Origin: Candidatus Omnitrophota bacterium
Lineage (GTDB): Bacteria > Omnitrophota > Gorgyraeia > Zapsychrales > Zapsychraceae
Direction: 5' to 3'
DNA: 64,000 nt
Assembly (NCBI GenBank): GCA_015233195.1
Contig: JADFYE010000004.1
Coordinates: 2,411-66,410 of the forward strand
The translations under genes and the position numbers were made by a program. The notes below the pieces were generated by a model. The model was given only the letters and a program-made list of their open reading frames with translations. It had not been told where the DNA came from and ran no database searches. Of the stretch, positions 24,178 to 35,498 are shown piece by piece; positions within the stretch are counted from its first letter, which is position 1; every line of letters starts with the position of its first letter.

Positions 24178-24864
24178 ATGAAAATTGGCGGGTTAATTAA
24201 GTTTTCTTTGATAGATTTTCCTGGCAAGATTGCTGCAGTAATTTTTGTGCAAGGATGTAACTTTCGGTGTCCGTATTGCCATAATCCGGAGCTGGTCGAT
24301 CCTAAAAGTTATTCTGCTCTTATTCATGAAGAAGAAGTTCTTGATTTTCTCAACAAGCGGCGAGGGCAGCTTGGGGGAGTTGTTATTACGGGAGGGGAAC
24401 CAACTTTGCAGTTGGATCTCCTCCCGTTTTCTTTGAATGTCAAAAATATGGGCTATGCCCTCAAGCTTGACACGAATGGCAGCAGACCCGAGGTTATCCA
24501 AGCTTTGATCGACCAGAATGTGCTTGATTATATCGCGATGGATATAAAGGCTCCTTTTGTTAAATATTTTGATGTGGCAGGGGTAGATAATTTTGCGGAT
24601 AATGTAAAACAAAGCATAGAGATAATTAAAGATTCAGCTTTGGATTATGAGTTTCGAACAACTTTTATTCCGGGATTGATGACCGAAAATGATATTGTCG
24701 AAATAGCTGAAATGATAAAAGGCGCAAAAAGATATAAATTACAGCTTTTTAATGTTGATAAAAAGAACATTTTAGATGATAATTTACGAGGAAACGCGCC
24801 TTCACAAGAAGAGATTAAACAGTTTGAAATAATAAAAAAGAAGTATGAAAAAGACTTTAAATGA
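24178..24864 (+). CDS. nrdG: Class III RNR activating protein (radical SAM)
   Basis: 'SLIDFPGKIAAVIFVQGCNFRCPYCHNPEL' and 'ITGGEPTLQ'. Adjacent to nrdD. Confidence 0.9.
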   Translation: MKIGGLIKFSLIDFPGKIAAVIFVQGCNFRCPYCHNPELVDPKSYSALIHEEEVLDFLNKRRGQLGGVVITGGEPTLQLDLLPFSLNVKNMGYALKLDTNGSRPEVIQALIDQNVLDYIAMDIKAPFVKYFDVAGVDNFADNVKQSIEIIKDSALDYEFRTTFIPGLMTENDIVEIAEMIKGAKRYKLQLFNVDKKNILDDNLRGNAPSQEEIKQFEIIKKKYEKDFK

Positions 24865-25588
24865 ATTTTATAAAGGGTTTTGGATTGAAGAGCCGTTCGG
24901 GAATAACGCGTTTTCTTATGACCAGCGGATCAATAAAAAGATATTTGTACCGGATTTTATAAACGGCAGTCTCAAGGATGTTAAATTGGGAGAGCAGGCG
25001 GTTTTTAGCGAGATCGCAGACGGTAAAGAAAAGAATTGCGCGGGTCTAAAACATTTTGTGCATTGGCGTTTGGGCAGGAAAGATATTTTTATTTTTGATA
25101 ATCATAATCACGCGTTTTTTATTTGGCTGTGGGGGCAGGCTAACGGTAAGATCGACGGCATAGACCCTTTAGTCCATATTGACCAGCATTTAGATACCAG
25201 AGATCCGGAAATTATTTTTGACCAGAATTTGGATCAAATAGACCTGCAAGCGGCTTGGAATTATACAAATAAGGTTTTAAATGTTGGGAATTTTGTTAAA
25301 CCCGCTATTGATTTGGGTTTGTTCAGTGACGTGATCATGGTTAATAAAAAAGAATCATTTTCTGAGCCGGTTTGGCCGGGCAGATGTTTACTTGATTTAG
25401 ACTTGGATATTTTCGCTCCGGATATGGATTATATACCGGAGAACACCAAAATCCGGGTTATAAAAAGGTATATTGAAGACAGTGATTTTATCACTGTTGC
25501 TACCAGCCCTTATTTTATCGACCAGAATTTAGCTTTGGAGAAGTTGCGGGTAATATTTAAGGATATTCAGGTTGACTTTGGAATGTAA
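24845..25588 (+). CDS. Hypothetical protein, possibly UPF0489 family
   Basis: '[14 protein letters not shown]' and '[10 protein letters not shown]' recall UPF0489, from memory only. 20-nt overlap with nrdG. Confidence 0.45.
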   Translation: MKKTLNEFYKGFWIEEPFGNNAFSYDQRINKKIFVPDFINGSLKDVKLGEQAVFSEIADGKEKNCAGLKHFVHWRLGRKDIFIFDNHNHAFFIWLWGQANGKIDGIDPLVHIDQHLDTRDPEIIFDQNLDQIDLQAAWNYTNKVLNVGNFVKPAIDLGLFSDVIMVNKKESFSEPVWPGRCLLDLDLDIFAPDMDYIPENTKIRVIKRYIEDSDFITVATSPYFIDQNLALEKLRVIFKDIQVDFGM

Positions 25589-25596
25589 AAAAAATT

Positions 25597-28500
25597 ATGA
25601 ATAAATCACATATAATTTATAAATTGTTAGAAGAGCGGATATTGGTTCTCGACGGTGCAATGGGAACTATGATCCAGCGCTATGGTCTTACGGAAGAAGA
25701 TTATCGGGGGGAGGATTTTAAATCACATCTGATAAACCTTAAAGGCAATAATGATCTTTTGTCTTTGACCCGTCCGAATATCATTCAGGAAATACATGAA
25801 GAATATTTGGAGGCTGGCGCGGATATAATTGAGACCAATACATTTAACGCTAACGCGATCAGTATGGCTGATTATGATATGACGAGTTTGGTATATCGTT
25901 TGAATAAAGCGTCAGCGAGTATCGCTAAAAAGGCTGCTGAAAAATTTACTAAATTAAATCCGAACAAACCTCGCTTTGTTGCAGGATCTATTGGACCGAC
26001 CAATCGTACTGCTTCGATCTCGCCTGATGTAAAAGATCCAGGATTTAGGGCAGTTGATTTTGATAAGCTGGTCGATGCATATACTGAACAAATTTTAGGG
26101 CTGGTAGACGGAGGAGCTGATCTTTTACTTATTGAAACTGTATTTGATACTTTGAATTGCAAAGCAGCATTGTTTGCGGCTCAATCGTTTTGTGAAAATA
26201 CGGGAAAGAATATTCCGTTAATGGTGTCAGGCACTATCACTGATGCCAGCGGACGTACTTTGTCTGGTCAGACCGCAGAGGCTTTTTATATTTCAGTCAA
26301 ACACGCCGGGCTTTTAAGTATTGGTTTTAATTGTGCTCTGGGTGCTAAAGATATGCGTCCGCATATTGAAACCTTATCCAATATGGCAGCATGTTTTGTC
26401 AGCGCTTATCCAAACGCTGGTCTGCCGAATGCTTTTGGCGGTTATGATGAAACACCTGAAATGATGGCTGAATACATTAAAGATTTTGCCAAAAACGGAT
26501 TGGTTAATATTGTTGGAGGCTGTTGCGGAACGTCACCTGACCATATCCGGGCTTTTGCTGCAGCAGTTCAAGGCGTAGTTCCTCGACGTATTCCATCTTT
26601 ACCAGTTCACAGTATGTTCAGTGGCTTGGAACCTTTGATTTTAACTAAAGAAACTAATTTTGTGAATGTGGGAGAGCGGACTAATGTGGCTGGTTCAAAA
26701 AAATTCTTGAAGCTGATTAATGAGAAAAAATATGAAGAAGCTTTGTCAATTGCTCGTCAGCAAGTAGACGCTGGTGCTCAAATCATTGACATTAATATGG
26801 ACGAAGGCTTGTTAGATGCAAGAGCTGAAATGGTGAAATTTTTAAATTTAGTGGTGTCTGAGCCGGATATCAGCCGAGTGCCGATAATGATAGATTCTTC
26901 GAATTGGGAAGTTATCGAGGCTGGGTTAAAATGCGTGCAAGGTAAATGTATCGTGAATTCGATCAGTTTGAAAGAAGGCGATGAGAAATTTATTGAACGC
27001 GCGGCTCTGATAAAAAAATATGGTGCAGCTGCTGTAGTCATGGCGTTTGATGAAAAAGGGCAGGCGGATACTTACACCCGTAAAGTCGAGATCTGTACCC
27101 GCGCTTATCGGACTTTGGTAGATAAAGTTGGTTTTCCTCCGGAAGATATTATTTTTGATCCTAATATTTTCGCGGTAGCTACTGGCATGGACGAGCATAA
27201 TAATTACGCTTTGGATTATATTAACGCGACCAGAAAGATTAAAGAGACTTTACCGCATTGTTTGATCAGCGGCGGGGTAAGTAATGTTTCATTTTCTTTC
27301 CGGGGCAATGATCAGGTACGTGAAGCAATGCATTCCGCGTTCCTGTATCATGCGATAAAAGCTGGAATGGATATGGGTATAGTTAATGCCGGGATGATAG
27401 CAGTTTATGATGATATTCCTAAAGATTTATTAGAAAAGGTCGAAGATGTTTTGCTTAACCGCAGACCTGATGCTACTGAAATTTTGATAAATTACGCGCA
27501 AAATATTCAACAGGGGGAGAAAAAAGCTGAAGTACAGCAGGAATGGCGTCATGTATCAGTTGAGGAACGTTTAAAACATGCTTTGATAAAAGGTATAACG
27601 GATTTTATTGAGGTAGATGTGGACGAGGCACGTAAAAAATACCGCAGGTCATTGGATATTATTGAAGGTCCGCTTATGAATGGTATGAACGCGGTAGGCG
27701 AGATGTTTGGGCAAGGAAAAATGTTCTTACCCCAAGTTGTAAAAACCGCGAGGGTTATGAAAAAGGCAGTTGAATATTTACAGCCATTTATCGAGGAAGA
27801 AAGCAAAGGCGAAGGCGCAAAAAAAGCTGGTAAGATTTTAATGGCTACGGTTAAAGGCGATGTCCATGATATAGGAAAAAATATCGTCGGGGTAGTTTTG
27901 GCATGCAATAATTTTGAAATTATTGATCTGGGTGTAATGGTATCAGCAGAACAAATAATTGACACTGCTGTAAAAGAAAACGCCGATATTATAGGCTTAA
28001 GCGGGTTAATAACTCCGTCGCTGGATGAGATGGTTCATGTGGCGAAAGAAATGCAGCGGAGAGGACTTAACATTCCGATTGTTTTAGGCGGTGCCACCAC
28101 TTCGGTAAAACATACTGCAGTCAAGATAGCACCTGAATATAAAGGGGTTGTAATACATACTAAAGACGCGTCGCGCTGTGTTACGGTTTGTCAGCAATTA
28201 ATGAATGATAAGCTTCGGGGGGAGTTACTTAAATCTGTTCATGCTGAATACGATAAAATAAAAAAGGAAATGACTGCGGAACCGGATAGTAAAACTTTGC
28301 TTTCGATCGAAGAGGCGCGGGCAAAAGCGGTTAAGCTAGATTTTTCGTCGATAAAAAAACCTAAAATCATAGGGGTCAAAGTTTATTCAGATAATAATCT
28401 TACAGAATTACGGGAATATATTGATTGGACTTTTTTCTTTATTGAATGGGGTTTGAAGAATAAGTATCCGGATATTTTAAAAGATAAAGAAAAAGGTGCT

Positions 28501-29169
28501 GAAGCTAAGAAATTATATGATGATGCCCAGGTAATGTTGGATAAGATAATAAAAGAACAGGTTTTTCAAGTCAGTGGAGTGATTGGAATTTTTGCAGCTA
28601 ACTCTATAGGCGATGATATTGAAATTTATAAAGATGAGACCAGGAAAGAGGTTTGGTATAAATTGCATACCATACGTCAGCAGCGTTTGCTCGAGGGTCA
28701 AAAGTTTTCATATGCTTTAGCTGATTTTATTGCGCCGAAAAAATCACGACTTAATGATTGGCTGGGTTGCTTTGCTGCTACTTGTGGTAAGGGTGTTGAT
28801 GGGTTATGCGCTAAATATAAAAAGCAGGGCGATGATTATTCTTCGATTATGGTTAAAATATTGGCGAATCGTTTTGCTGAAGCTTTAGCTGAAAAATTGC
28901 ATGAACAAGTCAGGAAAAAAATATGGGGTTATGCTTCGAATGAGAATTTGAGTAAGAGTGAACTTTTGGTAGGAAAATATCAAGGTATACGTCCAGCTCC
29001 AGGCTATCCAACTTGCCCTAATCATGAAGATAAACGTATAATTTTTGATCTATTAGACGCTACTAAGCATACGGGTATTAAATTAACTGAAACAGCTATG
29101 ATGGTGCCTGAAGCATCAGTATGCGGGTTTTATTTCGCACATCCAGAATCAAAATATTTTTCAATTTAA
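25597..29169 (+). CDS. metH: Cobalamin-dependent methionine synthase
   Basis: Full four-module architecture: Hcy-binding ('[11 protein letters not shown]'), pterin-binding, B12-binding '[10 protein letters not shown]' (DxHxxG) and an AdoMet-activation domain ('[10 protein letters not shown]'). 1,190 aa. Confidence 0.95.
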   Translation: MNKSHIIYKLLEERILVLDGAMGTMIQRYGLTEEDYRGEDFKSHLINLKGNNDLLSLTRPNIIQEIHEEYLEAGADIIETNTFNANAISMADYDMTSLVYRLNKASASIAKKAAEKFTKLNPNKPRFVAGSIGPTNRTASISPDVKDPGFRAVDFDKLVDAYTEQILGLVDGGADLLLIETVFDTLNCKAALFAAQSFCENTGKNIPLMVSGTITDASGRTLSGQTAEAFYISVKHAGLLSIGFNCALGAKDMRPHIETLSNMAACFVSAYPNAGLPNAFGGYDETPEMMAEYIKDFAKNGLVNIVGGCCGTSPDHIRAFAAAVQGVVPRRIPSLPVHSMFSGLEPLILTKETNFVNVGERTNVAGSKKFLKLINEKKYEEALSIARQQVDAGAQIIDINMDEGLLDARAEMVKFLNLVVSEPDISRVPIMIDSSNWEVIEAGLKCVQGKCIVNSISLKEGDEKFIERAALIKKYGAAAVVMAFDEKGQADTYTRKVEICTRAYRTLVDKVGFPPEDIIFDPNIFAVATGMDEHNNYALDYINATRKIKETLPHCLISGGVSNVSFSFRGNDQVREAMHSAFLYHAIKAGMDMGIVNAGMIAVYDDIPKDLLEKVEDVLLNRRPDATEILINYAQNIQQGEKKAEVQQEWRHVSVEERLKHALIKGITDFIEVDVDEARKKYRRSLDIIEGPLMNGMNAVGEMFGQGKMFLPQVVKTARVMKKAVEYLQPFIEEESKGEGAKKAGKILMATVKGDVHDIGKNIVGVVLACNNFEIIDLGVMVSAEQIIDTAVKENADIIGLSGLITPSLDEMVHVAKEMQRRGLNIPIVLGGATTSVKHTAVKIAPEYKGVVIHTKDASRCVTVCQQLMNDKLRGELLKSVHAEYDKIKKEMTAEPDSKTLLSIEEARAKAVKLDFSSIKKPKIIGVKVYSDNNLTELREYIDWTFFFIEWGLKNKYPDILKDKEKGAEAKKLYDDAQVMLDKIIKEQVFQVSGVIGIFAANSIGDDIEIYKDETRKEVWYKLHTIRQQRLLEGQKFSYALADFIAPKKSRLNDWLGCFAATCGKGVDGLCAKYKKQGDDYSSIMVKILANRFAEALAEKLHEQVRKKIWGYASNENLSKSELLVGKYQGIRPAPGYPTCPNHEDKRIIFDLLDATKHTGIKLTETAMMVPEASVCGFYFAHPESKYFSI

Positions 29170-29171
29170 TT

Positions 29172-29846
29172 ATGCACTTAAATGGAACGTGGACTGATTT
29201 TTTGGTGGTTTTCTTCTCAGGAGTGATCGTTAGTTTCACTCCTTGTGTTTATCCTATTTTACCAGTCACAGTTAGTTATATTTCAGGCATTAATACTGAA
29301 GGCAGTAAAATAACCGGTTTATTTCTTTCTTTGTTTTATGTCTTAGGCATAGCGTTGACTTATTGCAGTTTAGCGGTAGTAGCGGCATTGACCGGCCAAA
29401 TCTTTGGTCAGTGGCAAAATCAGCCTGGCATCTATTTCTTGGTCGGTATTTTGTTGTTGTTTTTTGGAGTAGTAATGTTGGATTGGATACGTTTGCCGTT
29501 TTTTCAAATAACTTTTCATCATAAGATCAATAAAAAACATGTATGGGCAGTAATTGTATTCGGAGTGGTAGCTGGCTTGATGGTTGGACCGTGTACTTCT
29601 CCGGTGTTAGGCTCACTTTTGGTTTACGCAGGGTCTAAAAAAAATATTTTACATGCAGTTATTTTGATGTTTGTATTTTCGTATGGAGTGGGGTTTTCTT
29701 TAATATTAGCCGGAACTTTTAGCGGGTTGTTGGAACACTTACCCAAAGCGGGTAAGTGGATGGAATGGATAAAACGGCTAGGCGCAGTTATTATTATCGC
29801 CGCAGGTATTTTTTATATTTTAAAAAGTTTAAGAATGATCGGATAA
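29172..29846 (+). CDS. ccdA: CcdA/DsbD-family thiol-disulfide electron transporter
   Basis: 'FTPCVYPILPV' and 'GPCTSPVLG' membrane Cys motifs with 6 hydrophobic helices. ATG 29172 (MHLNGTW...) lies 2 nt after the metH stop, and I prefer it to ORF-track ATG 29121, which is inside metH. Confidence 0.8.
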   Translation: MHLNGTWTDFLVVFFSGVIVSFTPCVYPILPVTVSYISGINTEGSKITGLFLSLFYVLGIALTYCSLAVVAALTGQIFGQWQNQPGIYFLVGILLLFFGVVMLDWIRLPFFQITFHHKINKKHVWAVIVFGVVAGLMVGPCTSPVLGSLLVYAGSKKNILHAVILMFVFSYGVGFSLILAGTFSGLLEHLPKAGKWMEWIKRLGAVIIIAAGIFYILKSLRMIG

Positions 29847-29852
29847 TTTTTT

Positions 29853-31343
29853 ATGTTATTTAACTCGTATGAATTTATTTTTGTTTTTCTACCTATCACT
29901 TTGAGTATTTTCTTTTTGCTTGGCAGGTTTGGATATGTCCAGTGGGCAATGGGATGGCTTTTGATAGCGTCTTTAATTTTTTATAGCTGGTGGAACCCTG
30001 CTTATTTTTGGCTGATCGCGATCTTGATCATTCTTAATTATCTGGTCGGGAATTATTTAAGGAAATTATATCCGCATTCGCAGTTTAGACGTAAATTATG
30101 GCTGATCCTGGGTGTGGTCGGGAATTTGTCAGTGCTGGGATATTATAAATACGCTAATTTTTTTATTGATAATGTTAATTGGATGATGGACGCTGGATTC
30201 CCGAATTATAAGATTATCCTGCCTTTGGGAATCTCGTTTTTTACATTCCAGAAGATCGCGTACCTGGTTGATTCTTATCAGGGTGAAACCAAAAAATACG
30301 CGTTCTTGCATTACGCGCTGTTTGTGACTTTTTATCCGCAGTTGATCGCTGGACCGATCACGCATTATAAAGAACTGCTGGAACAGTTTGAAGATAAGAA
30401 TGTTTTCCGTTACAACGCTCAAAAATTTGCTTTAGGCATTACTGTATTTACAATTGGTTTGTTTAAAAAAGTCATGATCGCGGATTATTTGTCCCCGTAT
30501 GCTGCTTCAGTATTCGGAGCAGCGCATACTGGTCAAGCTCTTAATTTTTTAAGCGCCTGGATCGGGGTTTTATGTTATACGTTTCAGATCTATTTTGATT
30601 TTTCCGGTTATTCGGATATGGCTATCGGCTTAGCGCAAATGGTAGGGATAAAACTTCCGATCAATTTTAATTCCCCGTATAAATCAGTTGATATTATTGA
30701 TTTTTGGCGCAGATGGCACATTACGTTGTCGAGGTTTTTGCGGGACTATTTATATATTCCTTTAGGCGGAAACCGAAAAGGGGAGATAAGACGATACGTT
30801 AATTTATTTTTAGTTATGGTTATAGGCGGCGCTTGGCACGGCGCGAATTGGACGTTTGTAATCTGGGGAACATGTCATGGAATATATTTGATCATAAATC
30901 ATTTTTGGAGAAATTTTACCGAACGGATGGGTTGGGTCACTGGTCGAGCGCAAATATGGATGGGACGAGTTCTAACCTTTTTTTGTGTTGTATTAGCGTG
31001 GGTATTTTTCAGAGCGGATAATATTAAAGACGCGGCAATAATTTTTAAGGGCATGTTTGGCTTATCTGCGAGTTCAAATTTTTCTCTTTCTTTAAAACCT
31101 AATTTGCTGGTGCCATTAATAACGGCATTTTTAGCTTCTTGGTTTTTACCCAACACTTTGGAATTTATGCGTAATTATGACGCAGCTTTGAATTTTGATA
31201 TAAAAAAGATCCGTATTCCTAAATGTTTATCGTGGTTATCCTGGGAGCCCAGACTGATATGGAGCGTTTTATTCGGGGTAGTATTTTTAGTTTGTATTTT
31301 TAATATGATGAAGGTGAGCGCCTTCCTATACTTTCAGTTTTAA
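29853..31343 (+). CDS. MBOAT-family membrane O-acyltransferase (AlgI/DltB/PatA-like)
   Basis: Polytopic, with the MBOAT hallmark region 'FWRRWHITLSRFLRDYLYIPLGGNRKG' and 'GGAWHGANWTFVIWG'. 496 aa. Confidence 0.85.
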   Translation: MLFNSYEFIFVFLPITLSIFFLLGRFGYVQWAMGWLLIASLIFYSWWNPAYFWLIAILIILNYLVGNYLRKLYPHSQFRRKLWLILGVVGNLSVLGYYKYANFFIDNVNWMMDAGFPNYKIILPLGISFFTFQKIAYLVDSYQGETKKYAFLHYALFVTFYPQLIAGPITHYKELLEQFEDKNVFRYNAQKFALGITVFTIGLFKKVMIADYLSPYAASVFGAAHTGQALNFLSAWIGVLCYTFQIYFDFSGYSDMAIGLAQMVGIKLPINFNSPYKSVDIIDFWRRWHITLSRFLRDYLYIPLGGNRKGEIRRYVNLFLVMVIGGAWHGANWTFVIWGTCHGIYLIINHFWRNFTERMGWVTGRAQIWMGRVLTFFCVVLAWVFFRADNIKDAAIIFKGMFGLSASSNFSLSLKPNLLVPLITAFLASWFLPNTLEFMRNYDAALNFDIKKIRIPKCLSWLSWEPRLIWSVLFGVVFLVCIFNMMKVSAFLYFQF

Positions 31344-31345
31344 AT

Positions 31346-32407
31346 ATGAATGTAAAACAATATAACAAAATATTTTTTATTATCGTTGGTATTGGACTTG
31401 CCATAGTCATCAGTATCAATATTTTTTTTGATATTTATCGCCTGGTGGGTATTTCCAACTGGAACCGAAAATATATCAGCGCGAATTTCCGTTATTTAAA
31501 AGAGGATTATCTGAAAACTCATCATCAGGATTTTGATGCGTATATTATGGGATCATCGCGGGCGAATTTTTATAATGCTCGTTTAGCCAGCGAATTGCTG
31601 GGGTATAAATATTATAGTTTTGCTACTTCTGCCGAGCATGTTGACCGGATCTATGAAAAATTGATCTGGATGAAAAAGCAGGGTTTTCAGATTAAACAAG
31701 TGATCTTGCCTTTAGACTATGATTTTATGTTTCTAACCGATGACCTCCCTCCAGACGCGATTGATACAAAAGAACACCCGGATGTTTCTGGTGAAAGTTG
31801 GTTCAGTTTTTATCCTCCGATATTTTTGAAATTCGATTTTAATAATTGGCGAAAGACTATAAGGGATAACTTTAACAAAAAGAAAGATCTAGGATATAAA
31901 TTCGATGTTAGTACTGGTCATTGGTATTATATCGACCGGGACGCGCAAATCGCGCGCAGTCATGAAAAGTATATTAAAGAAAAATTAGACCAGAAACTTC
32001 CGTATGTCAAAGGAGTGGGAGACCGGACCAGAGTCAACTTGGACCGTTTGCGGAAGGTGATCGGGTTTTTAAAAGATGAAAAGATTGCGTATATCGTTAT
32101 CATCAATCCATATTACAGCTGGACATTCCAGACTTTTGACCTCGAGGCTTATAAAAAATGGTTTAGTAATGTGGTGAAGATAACTGGCGGCGTTTGGAAT
32201 TTTTCCGGACTCAATACTGTAACCCAAAACAAATATTTATATTATGATCCTTCGCATTTTGTCTGGTCAGTAGGAGATCAAGTTCTGCGCCGTATAGCAG
32301 AGGGTACTGCGGTAAAACCGCGGTCTTACAATAGTTTCGGCGATTGGGTGGACGGATCAGATGTTGAATCATATGTTAGAACCCATTTTAGCCAGCTTCC
32401 TTTTTAA
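31346..32407 (+). CDS. DltD/SGNH-like membrane-anchored partner of MBOAT, paralogue 1
   Basis: N-terminal TM anchor. Candidate nucleophile 'YIMGSSR' (Ser70/71) and C-terminal 'YYDPSHF' (DxxH), an order and spacing like DltD. Roughly two-thirds identical by eye to the next gene. Confidence 0.55.
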   Translation: MNVKQYNKIFFIIVGIGLAIVISINIFFDIYRLVGISNWNRKYISANFRYLKEDYLKTHHQDFDAYIMGSSRANFYNARLASELLGYKYYSFATSAEHVDRIYEKLIWMKKQGFQIKQVILPLDYDFMFLTDDLPPDAIDTKEHPDVSGESWFSFYPPIFLKFDFNNWRKTIRDNFNKKKDLGYKFDVSTGHWYYIDRDAQIARSHEKYIKEKLDQKLPYVKGVGDRTRVNLDRLRKVIGFLKDEKIAYIVIINPYYSWTFQTFDLEAYKKWFSNVVKITGGVWNFSGLNTVTQNKYLYYDPSHFVWSVGDQVLRRIAEGTAVKPRSYNSFGDWVDGSDVESYVRTHFSQLPF

Positions 32408-32409
32408 AC

Positions 32410-33453
32410 ATGAACGTAAAAAAATATAATAAGATTTTTATCACCATTATCTTGCTTGGTTTGATGCTGGTGATCTGCATTAATACGATATTTGATATTT
32501 ATCGGATGATCGGATTATCAAACTGGAACCGTAAATTCGTCAACGCGAATTATCGATATGTAAAAGCAAAATATCTTAAGCAGCACCATGATTTTGACGC
32601 TTATATTATGGGAACTTCCAGGTCTAATACTTATAACAGCCGTTTGGCGAGTCAATTGCTGGGGCATAATTATTATAGTTTTTCAGTTTCTTTAGAAAAT
32701 ATTGAGCGGATTTATGAAAAATTAGTTTGGATGAAAAAACAAAAGTTTGCGGTTAAGCAAGTTATATTGTGTTTGGACTATGATCTAATGTTTTTAGGTG
32801 ATGATCTTCCCCCGGATGCTATTGATATGAAAGAGCATCCTGAGGTTTCTGGAGAAGGGTGGTTCAGTTTTTATCCCTCGATATTTTTAAAGTTTGATTT
32901 TATTAATTGGCGGAAAGTTGTACGCGAAAATTTTTTAAAAAAGAAGCCGCCGGCATATCAATTCGATGTTAAGAGCGGGCATTGGTATTATTTGGAGGCT
33001 GAAGCTGAGATTGCTAAGGATCATGAAAAATATGCTAAAGATCGGGTAGAAAATAATTTTTCAGGCGTGGTTAAAGGTTTTGGTGACCGTACCAGAGTCA
33101 ACTTAGACCGGTTCCGTGAAGTGATCAAGTTTTTAAAAAATGAAAAAATCGAGTATATCGTTGTTATAAATCCCTATTACATTAGTATGTTTCAGAAGTT
33201 TGATCGTGAGGCTTATAAGAAGTGGCTCAAAGATGTTGTAAATATTTCCGGAGGAGTTTGGAATTTTTCTGGATTCAATAAAGTAACCCAAAATAAATAT
33301 TTATACTATGATACTTCGCATTTTATGTGGTCAGTAGGGGATCAGGTTTTGCGACGGATAGCAGAAGGGTCTGAAAAACAACTGGCTCCGGATGCTTTTG
33401 GTGATTGGGTCGATGAAGCGCACGTTGAGCAATATATACGGGATCATTTTTAG
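32410..33453 (+). CDS. DltD/SGNH-like membrane-anchored partner of MBOAT, paralogue 2
   Basis: Colinear with paralogue 1 ('YIMGTSR', 'YYDTSHF', identical run 'GDRTRVNLDR', 'WSVGDQVLRRIAEG'). Starts 2 nt after paralogue 1. Confidence 0.55.
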   Translation: MNVKKYNKIFITIILLGLMLVICINTIFDIYRMIGLSNWNRKFVNANYRYVKAKYLKQHHDFDAYIMGTSRSNTYNSRLASQLLGHNYYSFSVSLENIERIYEKLVWMKKQKFAVKQVILCLDYDLMFLGDDLPPDAIDMKEHPEVSGEGWFSFYPSIFLKFDFINWRKVVRENFLKKKPPAYQFDVKSGHWYYLEAEAEIAKDHEKYAKDRVENNFSGVVKGFGDRTRVNLDRFREVIKFLKNEKIEYIVVINPYYISMFQKFDREAYKKWLKDVVNISGGVWNFSGFNKVTQNKYLYYDTSHFMWSVGDQVLRRIAEGSEKQLAPDAFGDWVDEAHVEQYIRDHF

Positions 33454-33523
33454 GACGTGCGTTTTATTAGTATAGGTTATATAATTAATTTCAATTCAGA
33501 TAAAAATTTTAAAAGGATTAGGT

Positions 33524-34009
33524 ATGCATAAGCGTTATGTTTTGTTGCTGGTATTTTTATTTACTTTTTTTACGTTTAGCCAAAATGTTTTTGCTCAATT
33601 TTTTCCTTTTGATGAATCTTCAGTTACTGGACAAAAAGCTAAAAATTTTTCTGTGCCGACAATGAGCGGATCTACTTTGACAGTTAATGAAACTTTATTT
33701 AAAAATAAGACTACACTTATGTTTTTTTGGGCTACCTGGTGTCCGCATTGTAGAGAGGCGCTGCAGGATCTTAAAGGCAGGTTAGCTGAACTTAAGGATA
33801 AAAAAGTCCAAGTGATTTTGATTGATCTTGGAGAAGATGCTGGAAAAGTAAAACAATATTTAGGTAATGTTAAAGTTGATGTTGATTCAGGGCTTGACCT
33901 GGATAATTCTGTGGCTGAACAATATGGTGTGGTTGGAATTCCTACGTTTGTGCTGGTAGACGCAACTGGGACTATAAAATCAGTTGAACACGCGTTACCG
34001 GAAATTTAG
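33524..34009 (+). CDS. Exported thioredoxin-fold thiol-disulfide oxidoreductase (TlpA/ResA-like)
   Basis: Signal peptide 'LLLVFLFTFFTFSQNVFA' and the CxxC active site 'WATWCPHCR'. Confidence 0.8.
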   Translation: MHKRYVLLLVFLFTFFTFSQNVFAQFFPFDESSVTGQKAKNFSVPTMSGSTLTVNETLFKNKTTLMFFWATWCPHCREALQDLKGRLAELKDKKVQVILIDLGEDAGKVKQYLGNVKVDVDSGLDLDNSVAEQYGVVGIPTFVLVDATGTIKSVEHALPEI

Positions 34010-34870
34010 TTTTTCCACAATATCTTTTGTAGGATTAATTTTGTTGAGTGTGTAGAGGTGGATGCCAGGTGCGTTGTTTTTTAGCAAGTCTTTACATTGT
34101 TCTACCGCGTATTTTATCCCTGCTTGCAAAGTTGCTTCAGCATCGTCTTTGATTGGTTCGAAAATATCTTTTACTTTCTGTGGTATATGAATCTTATCTT
34201 TGGTGCAGAATTTGACTAGGCTTTCATAATTGGTTATTGGTAATATTCCAGGAATAACTTTAGCTTTAACTCCAGTTTTTTTAAGTCTTTCAATATAAGC
34301 AAAATAATCCGGGTTGTCTAAGAATAATTGGGTGATCACAAAATCTGCTCCATTATCAAATTTTAATTTTAAAAATTCAGCGTCTTTTTCCAAAGAAGGA
34401 GAGCGGGGATGTCCTTCAGGGAATCCGGCAACTCCAACACCAAAATATTCTCCCCAGTTTTTTTGGATAAATGCGCAGAGATCCTTAGCAAAATAAAAGT
34501 TTTCCGCACCAGGCTGCCAATCCGGCTGGTCAATTGGGTTGTCTCCTCGTAAAGCCAGGATATTTTTTATTCCGCGATTTTTAATGTCATTGATAATAGT
34601 ACGGATTTGTTCTTGAGTGTTAAGGACGCAGGTTAAATGAGCTAAAGCCGGCACATTATGTTTGTCCTGTATCATTTGAGATATATCCAGAGTTTTATCG
34701 CGATTTCCACCGCCAGCACCATAAGTGCAGGAAATAAAATCCGGATTGAGTTTTACTAATTCCGCGATCGTAGCTTTTAGGTTTTCAAAACCTTGTTCAG
34801 TTTTAGGCGGAAAAAACTCAAAAGATAGAGAAGGTTTTTTTGTATTAAGTATTTCAATGATTTTTTTCAT
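33995..34870 (-). CDS. metF: 5,10-methylenetetrahydrofolate reductase
   Basis: 'SFEFFPPKT', 'ISCTYGAGG' and 'LAHLTC' motifs; 291 aa. Convergent 15-nt overlap with the tlpA-like gene. Confidence 0.9.
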   Translation of the reverse strand: MKKIIEILNTKKPSLSFEFFPPKTEQGFENLKATIAELVKLNPDFISCTYGAGGGNRDKTLDISQMIQDKHNVPALAHLTCVLNTQEQIRTIINDIKNRGIKNILALRGDNPIDQPDWQPGAENFYFAKDLCAFIQKNWGEYFGVGVAGFPEGHPRSPSLEKDAEFLKLKFDNGADFVITQLFLDNPDYFAYIERLKKTGVKAKVIPGILPITNYESLVKFCTKDKIHIPQKVKDIFEPIKDDAEATLQAGIKYAVEQCKDLLKNNAPGIHLYTLNKINPTKDIVEKLNFR

Positions 34871-34995
34871 TGTCAGTATAATATATATAATTTCTTATTT
34901 CGCAAATAAATTATTTCATAAAAGCAAAATTGTGTTTGTATTAAGTTTACAGATGTGATAAAACAAATACTGTCATAAAAATAAAGGAGAGTTAT

Positions 34996-35475
34996 ATGGT
35001 CGTATATGGATTATTAATATTAGGTTTTTTAACGCGCTTATTAGTACATGTGCCGAATTTTTCTCCAGTAATTGCTATAGCGCTTTTTAGTGGAATGTAT
35101 TTGGATAAAAAATACGCAGTATGGATGCCGGTGGCTTTGATGATTGTTACAGATCTTATATTAGGCTGGCATAATACGATATGGTTTACTTGGGGCAGTG
35201 TGGCTTTGATCGCTTGGATGAATTTTTATTTTCGGGGACGTAAGAGTATAGGTAATGTGATCATAAGCAGTTTGTTATCAGCCACGTTATTTTTTGTAGT
35301 AACGAATTTAGGTGTATGGTTAATGTCAGGTTGGTATACAAAAGATCTAAGCGGCTTGGTTGATTGTTATTTAATGGGAGTGCCTTTTTTCCGCTGGTCA
35401 TTGATCAGCACAGTTATTTACGCTGTAATATTATATAAAGTGTGTGAAATTAATTTTAAATTAGTTAAAGCATAA
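34996..35475 (+). CDS. Small polytopic membrane protein (possibly DUF6580-like)
   Basis: About five hydrophobic helices, including 'VPNFSPVIAIALFSGMYL'. RBS aaaggag. The family assignment is from memory only. Confidence 0.5.
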   Translation: MVVYGLLILGFLTRLLVHVPNFSPVIAIALFSGMYLDKKYAVWMPVALMIVTDLILGWHNTIWFTWGSVALIAWMNFYFRGRKSIGNVIISSLLSATLFFVVTNLGVWLMSGWYTKDLSGLVDCYLMGVPFFRWSLISTVIYAVILYKVCEINFKLVKA

Positions 35476-35498
35476 ATTTTATTGTTCTTTAAATATAT

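Noticed and set aside
34871-34995. The metF / small-membrane-protein divergent intergenic region as a SAM or other riboswitch leader.
   Set aside because: The region is almost entirely A/T, with no conserved stems or known aptamer cores on either strand.
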